NCBI GenBank assembly: GCA_028279245.1
Contig: JANQOE010000004.1
Span: 31,724-95,723 of the forward strand
Reading direction: 5' to 3'
DNA from: Alphaproteobacteria bacterium
Lineage (GTDB): Bacteria; Pseudomonadota; Alphaproteobacteria; UBA6615
Length of the DNA stretch: 64,000 nt
Shown: positions 10,451 through 20,866 of the stretch, piece after piece
How the letters are laid out: every line of letters starts with the position of its first letter
Position numbering within the stretch: position 1 is the stretch's first letter
Notes under the pieces: model-generated
Database searches by the model: none
Told to the model about the DNA's origin: nothing
The model's input: only the letters and a program-made list of their open reading frames with translations
Translations under genes and position numbers: made by a program

Positions 10451-11560
10451 CTAGGCTCTGGCGATGCGGCGGGCGGGCCTGCGGCCAGGGTGCAGGAGAA
10501 CCTGTAGCCCTCCAAGTGTACCGGCGAGCGGTATCGCATAGAGCAGGGGGATCAACATGGCGTTCTCACGCGCGGCGCTGGTGGTCCCTAGGAGAGCTGC
10601 CTGCAATCCAACCACCGCACTGACCGCGACGAGAATGCGATTGCTTTGTCCCGAGCGCTTGAACTCGCCCGACAAGAGAGCCGCTAAAGCGATCAGGACA
10701 AACGCCAGTGTGGTGAGGGGCGTTGCCAAGCGCCGATGCCCCTCGACAAGCAGTTCCATTCGGTACGACTGTGTCGCGGCTGAGTCAGCGGGCCAGAACA
10801 GTTCCGTGAGAGATCTTTCCTCTGGCTCGCGCCAGCGGCTGCCCGGGTCGTTGGCGACAATTTCCAGGTCCACAGAGTTTTGATCGAAGTAGAGCAGCAG
10901 CAACCGGCCGGTGTCCTTTTCGACCTCTTGGCGGTTGCCGTTGAACAAGATGACGCGGGCGCCGGTATCGGAACGTTCTAGCAGTCCGCGCTCCGCCGAC
11001 AATGTGACCGGATTTGACGGGTCGCGTGAATCATGGACGAAGATGCCCAGCAAGGCGCCGTCGTTGCGCCGTTCACGTACGTAAACGGTAAGACCGTCGG
11101 TTGGACTGTTGAACCGGCCTTCCTGCAGCAACACGCTGCCGTACGAGTTTCGATAGATGAACCGCAGGTCCTTGAAGGCGCCGAAGGCCTTTGGGCTCAA
11201 GACCATATTCGCATAGTAGGCAAAACTGATAACCACTAGGACCATGAGGAGTGCCGGCCGGGCGATTTTAAGCGGTCCCAGCCCGGCGGATCGTAGAATG
11301 ACCAGTTCGCTGTCGTTGTTGAGGCGGCTGTAGACCCAGAGCACTGCCACGAACAGCGCTAGTGGCAGAACGATCGCGATGAAGGTGGGAAGCAATAGGG
11401 CGGTGAGTTCCAGCAGCGCTGCCAGCGGCAATCCCCGATTGACCACGAAGTCGATCAGTCTTAGCGACCGAATGATGGTGATGATGCCGGCCAGCACCAG
11501 GGTCAGAAATGCTGTCGCAATGAAGAGTTGGCGGAGGATGTAGCGATCGATGCGTTTCAT
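10451..11560 (-). CDS. lptF: LPS export ABC transporter permease LptF
   Basis: RYILRQL, DSELVILRSAG; divergent from pepA. Confidence 0.92.
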   Translation of the reverse strand: MKRIDRYILRQLFIATAFLTLVLAGIITIIRSLRLIDFVVNRGLPLAALLELTALLLPTFIAIVLPLALFVAVLWVYSRLNNDSELVILRSAGLGPLKIARPALLMVLVVISFAYYANMVLSPKAFGAFKDLRFIYRNSYGSVLLQEGRFNSPTDGLTVYVRERRNDGALLGIFVHDSRDPSNPVTLSAERGLLERSDTGARVILFNGNRQEVEKDTGRLLLLYFDQNSVDLEIVANDPGSRWREPEERSLTELFWPADSAATQSYRMELLVEGHRRLATPLTTLAFVLIALAALLSGEFKRSGQSNRILVAVSAVVGLQAALLGTTSAARENAMLIPLLYAIPLAGTLGGLQVLLHPGRRPARRIARA

Positions 11561-11711
11561 GCCGGCCTTCTGGTGCTTCCCCCAATCGTCATCGGTTATT
11601 ATCAGACGGCTGACCGGCGTGGAATCCCGCAGTACAGCGTAGCTTGCGCTGAGTGAGACGCTGTTCTAAACGAACCTAACGCTGCCCGACACCTAATCAT
11701 TGGAGTGTTGC

Positions 11712-13202
11712 ATGAAGATCGCTTTCGCCGATGCGCGCCTGCCGTCCAAGGGGGCACTGGCGGTTATGGTCCTCGAGGGCGGCAAGCTAACGTCGAGTGC
11801 CAAGAGCCTTGATAAGTCGAGCGATGGCGCGCTGAGCCGGGCGATCAAAGCCGGCCGCTTCGACGGGAAGGCAGGTCAGACACTGTGGGTCTTTGCCCCG
11901 GCCGGTCTGGACAAACTCAGCATCTTGTTGTTGGGCATGGGGGCGCCGAAGAGCCTGGATATCATGGCGCTTCGCAAGGCCGGGGGCGCGCTGGCCCGTG
12001 CGGCAAATGCCGAGGGTTTTGCAGAGCTTACGCTGATGCTCGATGCGATCGCCGGCGGCAAGTTGGAGATTGCGGACCGGGCGGCGGAAATCGGCTATGG
12101 CGCGCGGGTGGCGCGCTATCGGTTCGACCGGTATCTGACCAAGGAACCGCAAGAAAAGAAGCCGACACTCGAACACTTGTCGATACACATGAAGTCGGCT
12201 GTGGCGGCGCGGCGCGCTTTCTCGAGTATCGAGCCGGTGGCGGAAGCGGTAGATTTCACGCGCAACCTTGTGTCGGAGCCCGGGAACGTCATCTACCCGG
12301 AGACGCTGGCCAAGGAGTGTAAGAAGCTCAGTGAATTGGGCGTCGATGTTGAGGTTATGGGCGAGAAGCGGCTGGCGTCGCTGGGCATGGGCGCGTTGTT
12401 GGGCGTGGGTCAGGGCAGCGCCCGTGAATCGCAGCTCGTCGTCATGCAGTGGAATGGCAGTACGAAGTCCGCACAGCCGTTGGCCTTTATCGGCAAAGGC
12501 GTGACGTTCGATACCGGCGGTATCTCGATCAAGCCATCTGCCGGCATGCAGGACATGAAATGGGATATGGGCGGTGCCGGCGCCGTCATTGGTGCGATGC
12601 ACGCCCTGGCTGGCCGCAAGGCGAAGGTCAACGCCGTCGGGGTGGTGGGGTTGGTTGAAAACATGCCGTCGGGGACGGCGCAGCGGCCCGGGGATATCGT
12701 GCGGTCGATGTCGGGGCAGACGATCGAGGTGCTCAATACCGATGCTGAGGGGCGGCTCGTTCTGGCTGATGCGCTCTGGTACACACAGGATCGGTTCAAG
12801 CCGCAATTCATGATCGATCTGGCGACCCTGACGGGTGCTATCATGGTTGCATTGGGCCAAGTCTATGGCGGCTTGTACGCCAGCGACGACAAGCTCGCGA
12901 AGCAGCTCGCGGCCGCCGGTGAGACGGTTGACGAGTTGCTGTGGCGGATGCCGTTGGCCGATGCCTACGACAAACAGCTTGAGAGCCCGGCAGCGGACAT
13001 GGCCAATATCAGTGCGGGGCGGTGGGGCGGCTCAATCACCGCGGCCCAGTTCCTGCAACGCTTCACCAACGACGTGCCTTGGGCGCATCTCGACATCGCC
13101 GGTGTCGCTTGGTCCGAGAAGGGCAAGGCGCCGATGGCGAAGGGCTCGACCGCCTTTGGCGTCCAGTTGCTCGACCGGTTCGTCCGCGACAACTACGAGT
13201 GA
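11712..13202 (+). CDS. pepA: Leucyl aminopeptidase (M17)
   Basis: GKGVTFDTGG, MKWDMGG, NTDAEGRL, WAHLDIAG. Confidence 0.97.
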   Translation: MKIAFADARLPSKGALAVMVLEGGKLTSSAKSLDKSSDGALSRAIKAGRFDGKAGQTLWVFAPAGLDKLSILLLGMGAPKSLDIMALRKAGGALARAANAEGFAELTLMLDAIAGGKLEIADRAAEIGYGARVARYRFDRYLTKEPQEKKPTLEHLSIHMKSAVAARRAFSSIEPVAEAVDFTRNLVSEPGNVIYPETLAKECKKLSELGVDVEVMGEKRLASLGMGALLGVGQGSARESQLVVMQWNGSTKSAQPLAFIGKGVTFDTGGISIKPSAGMQDMKWDMGGAGAVIGAMHALAGRKAKVNAVGVVGLVENMPSGTAQRPGDIVRSMSGQTIEVLNTDAEGRLVLADALWYTQDRFKPQFMIDLATLTGAIMVALGQVYGGLYASDDKLAKQLAAAGETVDELLWRMPLADAYDKQLESPAADMANISAGRWGGSITAAQFLQRFTNDVPWAHLDIAGVAWSEKGKAPMAKGSTAFGVQLLDRFVRDNYE

Positions 13203-13657
13203 GCGAGATCCGGTTCTATCATTTGACACGGCGTCCCCTTGAGGACGCCTTGCCGGTTATGCTGGAGCGAACAGTCAATCGTGACCGGCGGCGGGCTGTG
13301 GTGATGGCCGGGTCCGAAGAACGGCTGGAGGCGCTGAACGCGCATCTCTGGACCTACAACGACCGGGGTTTTTTGCCCCACGGCAGCAAGCGCGACGGGC
13401 GCGGGCCGCGGCAACCGATCTGGCTCACCACCAGCGAGGAAAACCCAAACCAGGCCGCGGTGCTGTTCTTGGTGGACGGCGCGCGTGCCGATGGCGTGGA
13501 TACATACGACCTCGTGTGCACACTGTTTGACGGCAATGATCCGAACGCAGTGGCGCTTGCCCGCAAGCAATGGTCCGGTTTCAAGGACGATGGGCACAAG
13601 CTGACCTATTGGCAGCAGACGGAGCGCGGCGGCTGGGAGAAGAGGGCCGAGGCTTAG
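13199..13657 (+). CDS. holC: DNA polymerase III chi subunit
   Basis: FYHL, LWT...FLPHG, ARKQW, YWQQ. GTGA overlap with the pepA stop. Confidence 0.94.
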   Translation: MSEIRFYHLTRRPLEDALPVMLERTVNRDRRRAVVMAGSEERLEALNAHLWTYNDRGFLPHGSKRDGRGPRQPIWLTTSEENPNQAAVLFLVDGARADGVDTYDLVCTLFDGNDPNAVALARKQWSGFKDDGHKLTYWQQTERGGWEKRAEA

Positions 13658-15492
13658 CTTTCGGCGTTCTCTAGTGCTTCATGGGCCGCGAACCACGCCG
13701 ATTCCGCGGCATCAATCTCCGATTGGACACGCGCTTGCAGCCGCTGCAACTCAGCGACCCGCTCGCGCGGTTCCCGGTAGATGGAGGGGTCGGCTAGCGC
13801 CGCACCCAGTTTTGCTTGGGCGGCTTGGAGAGACTCGAGCTTTTGCTCAGTCTCGCGCATGCGCTGACGTAGCGGTGCGGTTGGCGTCGGTGCCGGTTTC
13901 TGCTTCGTTGACCGCCGGCTGCGGTTGCCGGTGGCCGGGCCCAAGACCTGGCGGCGATAATCGTCGAGATCGCCATCGAAGGGACGACAGGCGCCACCCG
14001 CGACCAGCCACAAGGTGTCGGCGACACACTGCACCAAGTGCAGATCATGGCTGATCAGTAGGACCGCGCCTTGGTAGGCATTTAGCGCCTGGATCAGCGC
14101 GTCGCGCCGGTCGACATCCAGGTGGTTGGTGGGTTCGTCGAGGATCAGCAGTTGTGGCGCCGTATAGGTTATCAGCGCCAGGAGTAGGCGCGCTTTCTCG
14201 CCGCCCGAGAGGTTGCCGATCTTGGTGTCCGCAAGCTCCGCGCTGAAGCCGAAGCCGCCAAGACGTCTGCGGATGTATTGGGGCGGCCGGTCTTCCAGGT
14301 AGTTGGATAAGACCTGAAAAGGTGTGTGGCCGTAAGGAAGCTCATCGGCCTGGTCCTGGGAGAAATAGCCCACCGAGAGCTTTGGGTGCCGCCGCAGTGC
14401 ACCGCCCATGGGCGACAGCCGGTCGGAGAGCAAGCGCGCCAAGGTCGATTTCCCATTGCCGTTCCGGCCCAGCAGCGCGATCCGGTCATCCATGTCGATC
14501 CGGAAGGAGAGTCGGCGGAGGACTGTGTTGCCGTTGTAGCCGACGGCCACGCCATCGGCTGCGATCAACGGCGGCGCGAGATCGTCGGGGTCGGGAAACT
14601 CGAATATGACCGGTGCGTCTTCGACGATCGGCTCTAGCGCCGGCAGGCGCTCGATGGCCTTTAGGCGGCTTTGGGCTTGGCGGGCCTTCGATGCCTTGTA
14701 GCGGAACCGGTCCACGAAGGCCTGCATGTGACGCCGCTGGGCGAGCTGCTTCTCCAACGCCTTGGCAGCGAAACGCTGTTGCAGCTGCCGCGTCTGCTGA
14801 AACTGATCGTAGTTGCCCGTGTAGGCTGTGAGCTTGCCGCGGTCGAGATGGAGTATCCGGTTCGCAACCGCGTTGAGCAGGGTCCTGTCGTGGCTGATCA
14901 CGATCAGGGTCTTGGCATAGTCGGCGAGGTATCGCGTCAGCCAGATCGTTGCTTCGAGATCCAGGTGGTTGGTCGGCTCATCGAGCAGCAGGAGATCCGG
15001 TGCTGCGAACAGCACCCCGGCCAGGGCAACGCGCATGCGCCACCCGCCGGAGAAGCTAGCCAGGGGCTGCCGCTGAGCGGTCTCGTCAAAGCCCAGCCCA
15101 CTCAGGATGGTGGCTGCCCGCGCGGGTGCGGCGTGGGCTTCGATGCCGGCGAGCCGCTCATGGATCTCGGCAATCCGCTGTGGATCCGTCGCCGTTTCGG
15201 CCTCGGCCAGCAGGGCCGCGCGCTCGGTTGCGGCGGCCAGTACCGTGTCCAGCGGGGTGGTCTCGCCGCCGGGTGCCTCCTGGGCCACCAGCCCCACGGC
15301 ATCGCCGGCCGGGACGCCGATCATGCCGCTCTCTGTCTCCAATTCACCCGAAACCAGCCGGAACAGCGTCGTTTTTCCGGCGCCGTTCCGCCCGATCAAG
15401 CCGACCCGTTGGGCGCGTTGGATCGTCACCGTGGCCCGGTCTAGCAGCAACCGGTCGCCGATCCGATAGGTGACACTGGATATCTGGAGCAT
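13654..15492 (-). CDS. ABC-F family ATPase (YheS-like)
   Basis: Two Walker A motifs (GRNGAGKT, GRNGNGKS), FSGGWRMR, LSGGEKAR, two LDEPTNHLD; no TM segments. Confidence 0.93.
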   Translation of the reverse strand: MLQISSVTYRIGDRLLLDRATVTIQRAQRVGLIGRNGAGKTTLFRLVSGELETESGMIGVPAGDAVGLVAQEAPGGETTPLDTVLAAATERAALLAEAETATDPQRIAEIHERLAGIEAHAAPARAATILSGLGFDETAQRQPLASFSGGWRMRVALAGVLFAAPDLLLLDEPTNHLDLEATIWLTRYLADYAKTLIVISHDRTLLNAVANRILHLDRGKLTAYTGNYDQFQQTRQLQQRFAAKALEKQLAQRRHMQAFVDRFRYKASKARQAQSRLKAIERLPALEPIVEDAPVIFEFPDPDDLAPPLIAADGVAVGYNGNTVLRRLSFRIDMDDRIALLGRNGNGKSTLARLLSDRLSPMGGALRRHPKLSVGYFSQDQADELPYGHTPFQVLSNYLEDRPPQYIRRRLGGFGFSAELADTKIGNLSGGEKARLLLALITYTAPQLLILDEPTNHLDVDRRDALIQALNAYQGAVLLISHDLHLVQCVADTLWLVAGGACRPFDGDLDDYRRQVLGPATGNRSRRSTKQKPAPTPTAPLRQRMRETEQKLESLQAAQAKLGAALADPSIYREPRERVAELQRLQARVQSEIDAAESAWFAAHEALENAES

Positions 15493-15562
15493 GGCGGTCA
15501 GATACCATGCACCTGGCCGCTTGGTAACCAGGGGTACCGCGTCCGAAATCGGGCGCGGAGTC

Positions 15563-15592
15563 TTGATCAGCCAATCCAACGGCCCCTATAAC
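15563..15592 (+). promoter_or_regulatory. Candidate ndk promoter (TTGATC-18-TATAAC)
   Basis: -35/-10-like hexamers ending 33 nt before the ndk start. Confidence 0.4.
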
Positions 15593-15625
15593 CCGGCCAT
15601 TCATAGCTTTGGGATGATCTGACTG

Positions 15626-16048
15626 ATGGCCGTCGAGCGAACCCTATCGATTATCAAACCGGACGCGACGCGCCGGAATCTGACCGGCAAGATCAACGCG
15701 CGGTTTGAGGATGCAGGCCTGCGGATTGTGGCGCAGCGCCGGATCCGCCTGTCCAAGGAGCAGGCGGAGGGGTTCTATGAGGTCCACCGCGAGCGGCCGT
15801 TCTACAATGACCTGGTGGCGTTCATGACTTCGGGCCCGGTGGTCGTGCAGGTGCTGGAGGGGGAGAACGCCGTGCAGCACAATCGCGACGTGATGGGCGC
15901 GACCAATCCCGCCGACGCGGCCGAAGGCACCATCCGCAAGGAATTTGCCGAAAGCATTGAGGCGAACTCGGTCCACGGGTCCGATAGCCCGGAGAATGCC
16001 GCCAAAGAGATCGCATTCTTCTTTGAGGCAGGCGATATCGTCGGCTGA
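15626..16048 (+). CDS. ndk: Nucleoside diphosphate kinase
   Basis: IIKPDA, MGATNP, catalytic NSVHGSDS. Confidence 0.98.
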   Translation: MAVERTLSIIKPDATRRNLTGKINARFEDAGLRIVAQRRIRLSKEQAEGFYEVHRERPFYNDLVAFMTSGPVVVQVLEGENAVQHNRDVMGATNPADAAEGTIRKEFAESIEANSVHGSDSPENAAKEIAFFFEAGDIVG

Positions 16049-16088
16049 CCAGCGCCACCATTGCTTGATTCCTAGCCCCTTCACTTGG

Positions 16089-16730
16089 CTAGGGGCAGTC
16101 GGCAGCCGTTAGGTATCCCTTCTCGTCGTCAATGACCGTCCGATCGCCGTCGATTTTCACCCGTCCTTCGGCAATCAATCGGACCGCGTTCGGATAGCAC
16201 TGGTGCTCCTTCGTCAGGATGCGCGCGGCCAGGGTGTCTGGCGTGTCTTTCGGCAAGACCGGGACTGCCGACTGCAGAATGATCGGACCGCTGTCGACCT
16301 CGGGGCGGACGAAGTGCACCGTGCAGCCGCTGATGCGTACGCCTGCGGCGAGAGCGCGTTCATGCACCTTGAGGCCGGGGAATGCTGGCAACAGCGACGG
16401 GTGGATGTTGATCAGCCGGTCGGCCCAGGCGTCGACGAACTCGTTCGCTATAATTCGCATGAAACCCGCGAGGCAGACCAGTTGGACGTTGGCTTCGCGC
16501 AGCCGGGTGTCTATCTCCCGCGCGAACGCTTGAGCGTCGCCAAAGTCGCGATGGTCGACGACCGTTGTCTTAAGTCCCGCCTGTTCGGCTCGGTCGAGTC
16601 CCGCGGCGTCTGATCGGTTGGAGACAACAAGGGCGATCGAAGCCGGATAGTCCGGCGCTTCGCAAGCATCGATAAGGGCCTGCAGGTTACTGCCGCGGCC
16701 AGAGATGAGGACGCCCAGTCTGAGGGTCAA
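16089..16730 (-). CDS. purN: Phosphoribosylglycinamide formyltransferase
   Basis: [33 protein letters not shown] start overlaps the purM stop (TTGA). Confidence 0.96.
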   Translation of the reverse strand: MTLRLGVLISGRGSNLQALIDACEAPDYPASIALVVSNRSDAAGLDRAEQAGLKTTVVDHRDFGDAQAFAREIDTRLREANVQLVCLAGFMRIIANEFVDAWADRLINIHPSLLPAFPGLKVHERALAAGVRISGCTVHFVRPEVDSGPIILQSAVPVLPKDTPDTLAARILTKEHQCYPNAVRLIAEGRVKIDGDRTVIDDEKGYLTAADCP

Positions 16731-17770
16731 CAGTCGATCCCTGTGATCTCCACGCGTTGCCCATCCGCTGGACCGATGACGACCTGGCCAATCCGGTAGA
16801 CGGTCTCGCTGCACTCGGACAGCGCCTTCGTCACCTGATCGGCGTGGTCCGGCGCAACGATGGCAATCATCCCAATTCCGCAGTTGAAGGTTCGGGTCAT
16901 TTCGTCGGGCGCGACGCCGCCTTCTTCGGCCAGCCATTTAAAGATAGCGGGCTGGACCCACGCGCCCTTGTCGACGACAGCCCGGTGTCCTGCCGGGATG
17001 ACCCGCGCGATATTCTCCACCAGTCCGCCGCCCGTGATGTGGGCAAATGCCTTGGTCTCAGAGGTGACGGCCAGACAGGCATGCACATAGACTCGAGTCG
17101 GGGTGAGCAGGGCTTCCCCCAGGGTTTGGGTCGTGGCAAACGGGGCGGGGTCGGTGAGCTTCAGCCCTCGGTTTGTGACGACACCGCGGATCAGCGAGAA
17201 ACCGTTTGAGTGGGCGCCGTCGCTCGCCAATCCCAGGATGATGTCGCCGGACTGCACGTTGCGAGGCAGGACTTTGTCACGCTCGGCGGCGCCGACAGCA
17301 AACCCGGCCAGGTCATACTCGCCGGGCGCGTAGAGGCCGGGCATTTCGGCGGTCTCTCCGCCGATCAACGCACATCCTGCTTGCCGGCAACCGGCAGTGA
17401 TGCCGGTCAAGACGTCGCGGGCGACTGCCGGCTCGAGCCGGCTGGTGGCATAGTAGTCCAGGAAAAACAGGGGCTCGGCGCCCTGAACGACCAAGTCGTT
17501 GACGCACATTGCCACAAGATCGATGCCGATTGTCTTGTTGCTGCCAAATTCAGCGGCGATCTTAAGTTTGGTGCCGACCCCGTCGGTTGCGGCAACGAGG
17601 ATTGGATCCTGATACCCGGCGGCCTTCAGGTCGAACAGACCGCCAAAACCGCCGATCGAACCGAGCACGCCAGCACGGTGTGTGCTGTCGACTAGTGGCC
17701 GAATCGCGTCGACGACAGCGTTGCCCGCATCCACGTCGACGCCGGCATCCTTGTAGGTTGCTGCGGAAAT
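16727..17770 (-). CDS. purM: AIR synthetase PurM (non-canonical start, see findings)
   Basis: [50 protein letters not shown]. Confidence 0.96.
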   Translation of the reverse strand: MSAATYKDAGVDVDAGNAVVDAIRPLVDSTHRAGVLGSIGGFGGLFDLKAAGYQDPILVAATDGVGTKLKIAAEFGSNKTIGIDLVAMCVNDLVVQGAEPLFFLDYYATSRLEPAVARDVLTGITAGCRQAGCALIGGETAEMPGLYAPGEYDLAGFAVGAAERDKVLPRNVQSGDIILGLASDGAHSNGFSLIRGVVTNRGLKLTDPAPFATTQTLGEALLTPTRVYVHACLAVTSETKAFAHITGGGLVENIARVIPAGHRAVVDKGAWVQPAIFKWLAEEGGVAPDEMTRTFNCGIGMIAIVAPDHADQVTKALSECSETVYRIGQVVIGPADGQRVEITGIDC

Positions 17771-17856
17771 TGGCGACCCCCTTGACTTGTGTCCATCAAC
17801 GGAAACAGATGGCGAGAGGACAATACTTGGTAGGTGACGGTTTGCAATCCGTCGGT

Positions 17857-18993
17857 ATGAGAGCGGCGGCTTCTTTCAGTGCGGCCATTTGGTTCGTCAG
17901 CCTCATCTTTTCCGGGCCGGTTGCGGGGCAGTCCGCAGCCAGCAGTGACGAGGTCTACACCGTTGTTGGTGTGGCGGTGGACGTCACCGCAGAGACAGCG
18001 GCGGCGGCGCGTGAGCAAGCGCTGGCGGACGGACAGGCGGCGGCTTTGGACCGGCTGTTTCGGCGACTGACACGCCGGGTCGATCACGAGCGGCTGCCGG
18101 TGGTCGATGACCGGCGGGCGACCTTCATGGTGCGCGATTTTGAGATTTCCGGCGAAAAGACATCCGCCGTTCGCTATCTGGCTGAGATCACTTACCGCTT
18201 CAAGCCAGCGGAGGTGCGCCGCGAACTGCGGTCGGCGGGCATCTCGTTTACGGAGACCGCCAGTCAGCCGGTCTTGGTCCTGCCCGTTTTGCGGCGCGCC
18301 GCAAGTCTGAACCTGTGGGATGAACCGAACCCTTGGCGCGATGCCTGGACCTCCCTGCCGCCGCGTGCCGATGGGCTGGTTCCGATACTGGTGCCCTTCG
18401 GTGACCTGTCGGATATCGCTGATATCAGTGCCGAACAGGCGGCGAATGGTAGTGTGGAAGATGTGCAGGCCATTGCCGTGCGTTACGGCGCGCGCGACGC
18501 GTTGGTGGCGATTGCCAGCTTGACGCCGACATTGACGGGCCGTGAGGCCATCGACGTCGCGGTGACGCGCGTTGGGACGACGACCCAGGACCCGGTTCTA
18601 CTGGATTTCTCGGTGCAAACCGGTGAAACCCTGACCGCGTTGTTTGTCCGGGCCGCCGAAGAAACGGCGGCTGCTGTCGAGGATGCGTGGGTCGATGCCA
18701 ATCTCCTGCGCTTCGGCGAAGAACAGGTCATGACGGTATCGGTTGCGCTTGCCGAACTGGCGGATTGGGTCGACGTACGGTCGAGGTTGGCGCGCGTGCC
18801 GGTGATCTCAGCCTTCCAACTCAAATCGATGCGGCGGAACGCGGCGTTGGTGGAGTTGGCGTTTATCGGGGATGAAGATCAGCTGTCAGACTCCTTGGCC
18901 CAGCGTGACTTGGCGTTGGAGGCGCCGGCCGCGCCGAGTCTGGGCCTCGCGGCGACGGACCAGGTTCGGGTGCTGCGGCTTGATACAAACTAA
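17857..18993 (+). CDS. DUF2066-like exported protein
   Basis: Signal peptide, [26 protein letters not shown]. Typical position divergent from purM. Confidence 0.75.
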   Translation: MRAAASFSAAIWFVSLIFSGPVAGQSAASSDEVYTVVGVAVDVTAETAAAAREQALADGQAAALDRLFRRLTRRVDHERLPVVDDRRATFMVRDFEISGEKTSAVRYLAEITYRFKPAEVRRELRSAGISFTETASQPVLVLPVLRRAASLNLWDEPNPWRDAWTSLPPRADGLVPILVPFGDLSDIADISAEQAANGSVEDVQAIAVRYGARDALVAIASLTPTLTGREAIDVAVTRVGTTTQDPVLLDFSVQTGETLTALFVRAAEETAAAVEDAWVDANLLRFGEEQVMTVSVALAELADWVDVRSRLARVPVISAFQLKSMRRNAALVELAFIGDEDQLSDSLAQRDLALEAPAAPSLGLAATDQVRVLRLDTN

Positions 18994-19011
18994 ACAAGAG
19001 CGCGGCCACTC

Positions 19012-20100
19012 ATGACACCGGCACGGCAAGTGCAGGTTTGGCTGGTTGGCCTGGTTGTGGCCATTGTCATTCTTTATGCGCTGCGGGCGGTATTGCTGCC
19101 GTTCGTGGCGGGGATGGCGATCGCCTATCTGTGCGATCCGGTTGCCGACCGGCTTGAGAAGTGGCGTTTCCCCAGGACGCTCGCGACCCTGACCGTCATC
19201 GTCGGCGCCATTCTCTTGTTTGTAATGGCGCTGTTGCTCGTGGTGCCGCTCCTGCAGGCGCAGACCGTTTCCTTCATCGAGCGGGTGCCGAGCTATGGTT
19301 CTGCCTTGCGCGGACTTGTCGAGAGCCTGCTCGTTGCGTTGCAAGACCGGGTGACACCCGAACAGATGGAGCAAGTCCGACAGGCCGCCGGCGAGCAATT
19401 GACCAAGCTCTTGGGGCAGCTCGGTAGACTGATCGGTGCCGCATTCACCAGCGGTCTGGCGTTTATCAACCTGCTATCACTTGTCTTCATCACCCCCATC
19501 GTGGCCTTTTATCTGCTGCGGGACTGGGATCCGATGATCGAGCGGCTGGATCAACTCCTGCCGCGGCACCAGTCGGCGACTGTCAAGTTGCTGTTGGGCC
19601 GGATGGACGAGCGTCTGGCGGGTTTTGTTCGGGGCCAACTGATCGTCGCATCGATCCTCGGGGTGTTTTATGCCACCGCGCTGAGCCTGGTCGGGCTCGA
19701 GTTCGGATTGGCGGTCGGCCTCCTTGCCGGAGTCGCGTCGATTGTGCCGTTTTTGGGATCGGTCGGCGGTTTCGTTCTCTCGGTTGGGCTGGCGCTTCTA
19801 CAGTTCGACAGCGTGCTGCCGGTGCTGATTGTCGCCGGAATCTTCGTGGTCGGGCAGGTTGCGGAAGGCAACTTCCTGACGCCCAAGTTGGTGGGAAAAC
19901 GGGTTGGTCTGCACCCCGTCTGGGTCATCTTCGCGCTGCTGGCTGGTGGCAGCCTGCTGGGCTTGCTGGGCATGCTGTTGGCCATGCCGATTGCCGCCGT
20001 GGTGAGTGTGCTGGTTGAGTTTGTCGTGGAGCGCTATCGCGGCAGCTGGCTGTACCATGGCGGTCTGTTCACCGATGGCGATGATGCCGGCGACAGTTGA
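19012..20100 (+). CDS. AI-2E/PerM family membrane transporter
   Basis: AYLCDP, FYLLRDW, GFVRGQ, EGNFLTPKLVG, GLHPVW. Confidence 0.92.
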   Translation: MTPARQVQVWLVGLVVAIVILYALRAVLLPFVAGMAIAYLCDPVADRLEKWRFPRTLATLTVIVGAILLFVMALLLVVPLLQAQTVSFIERVPSYGSALRGLVESLLVALQDRVTPEQMEQVRQAAGEQLTKLLGQLGRLIGAAFTSGLAFINLLSLVFITPIVAFYLLRDWDPMIERLDQLLPRHQSATVKLLLGRMDERLAGFVRGQLIVASILGVFYATALSLVGLEFGLAVGLLAGVASIVPFLGSVGGFVLSVGLALLQFDSVLPVLIVAGIFVVGQVAEGNFLTPKLVGKRVGLHPVWVIFALLAGGSLLGLLGMLLAMPIAAVVSVLVEFVVERYRGSWLYHGGLFTDGDDAGDS

Positions 20101-20756
20101 CTAACCGGCAACTTGCCCTCGACCTGAGTTTTCGGCCGGCTCTAGGGCGCGAAGACTTTTTGGTTGCGCCGTGCAATCAGGCCGCCGTGGCCTGGGTCGA
20201 TAGCTGGCCAGTGTGGCCCGGAACCGGATTGTGTGTCTGGGGGAGCGCCAGCAGCGGCAAGTCGCATCTGGGCGAGGCGTGGCGCGCTGTGTCCGGCGCG
20301 GCGCGTCTGTCGACCGAGCAACTGTGCGGTGGTGTGGCGGACCGCACCAACTACACGCTCGTTGATCTGGGTGAAGATCAGCTTCCCCGCGCGGCGGAGG
20401 AGCCGCTGTTGCACCTTTACAATTGGATGCGCGATCAGGGCCGGCATCTGATGCTGCTGGCGCGCACGCCGCCGGCGCGGTGGCAGGTCGAGCTGCCGGA
20501 TCTTCGTTCGCGTCTTAATGCGGTCGATGCCGTGCAGATCGAGGAGCCGGACGACGCGTTGCTTGCGGGCTTGCTGGTCAAGCTGTTTGGCGATCGGCAT
20601 CTGGAGGTTGAGCCGGACCTGATCGTCTACGCCCTCAGCCGAATGGAACGATCGTTTGCGGGGGCGCGCCAGCTCGTTGAGACCGTCGACCGCGACACCC
20701 TGGCATCACGCCGCGCGGTGACGGTTCGTCTGCTGCGGAGTGTGCTGGCCGCCTAG
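20097..20756 (+). CDS. hdaA: HdaA, DnaA regulatory inactivator
   Basis: Clamp-binding motif QLALDL, Walker [19 protein letters not shown]. Confidence 0.88.
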   Translation: MTNRQLALDLSFRPALGREDFLVAPCNQAAVAWVDSWPVWPGTGLCVWGSASSGKSHLGEAWRAVSGAARLSTEQLCGGVADRTNYTLVDLGEDQLPRAAEEPLLHLYNWMRDQGRHLMLLARTPPARWQVELPDLRSRLNAVDAVQIEEPDDALLAGLLVKLFGDRHLEVEPDLIVYALSRMERSFAGARQLVETVDRDTLASRRAVTVRLLRSVLAA

Positions 20757-20866
20757 GGCCTGACCTTCCGACCTTTAAAGTCGGGGTTGGAAGTCGCAAA
20801 TGTAGACGAGCGCCGTATCGTCCGCGATTGCGGTGCAGGTCGCCCGCTGTTGCAAGGATAACCCGC

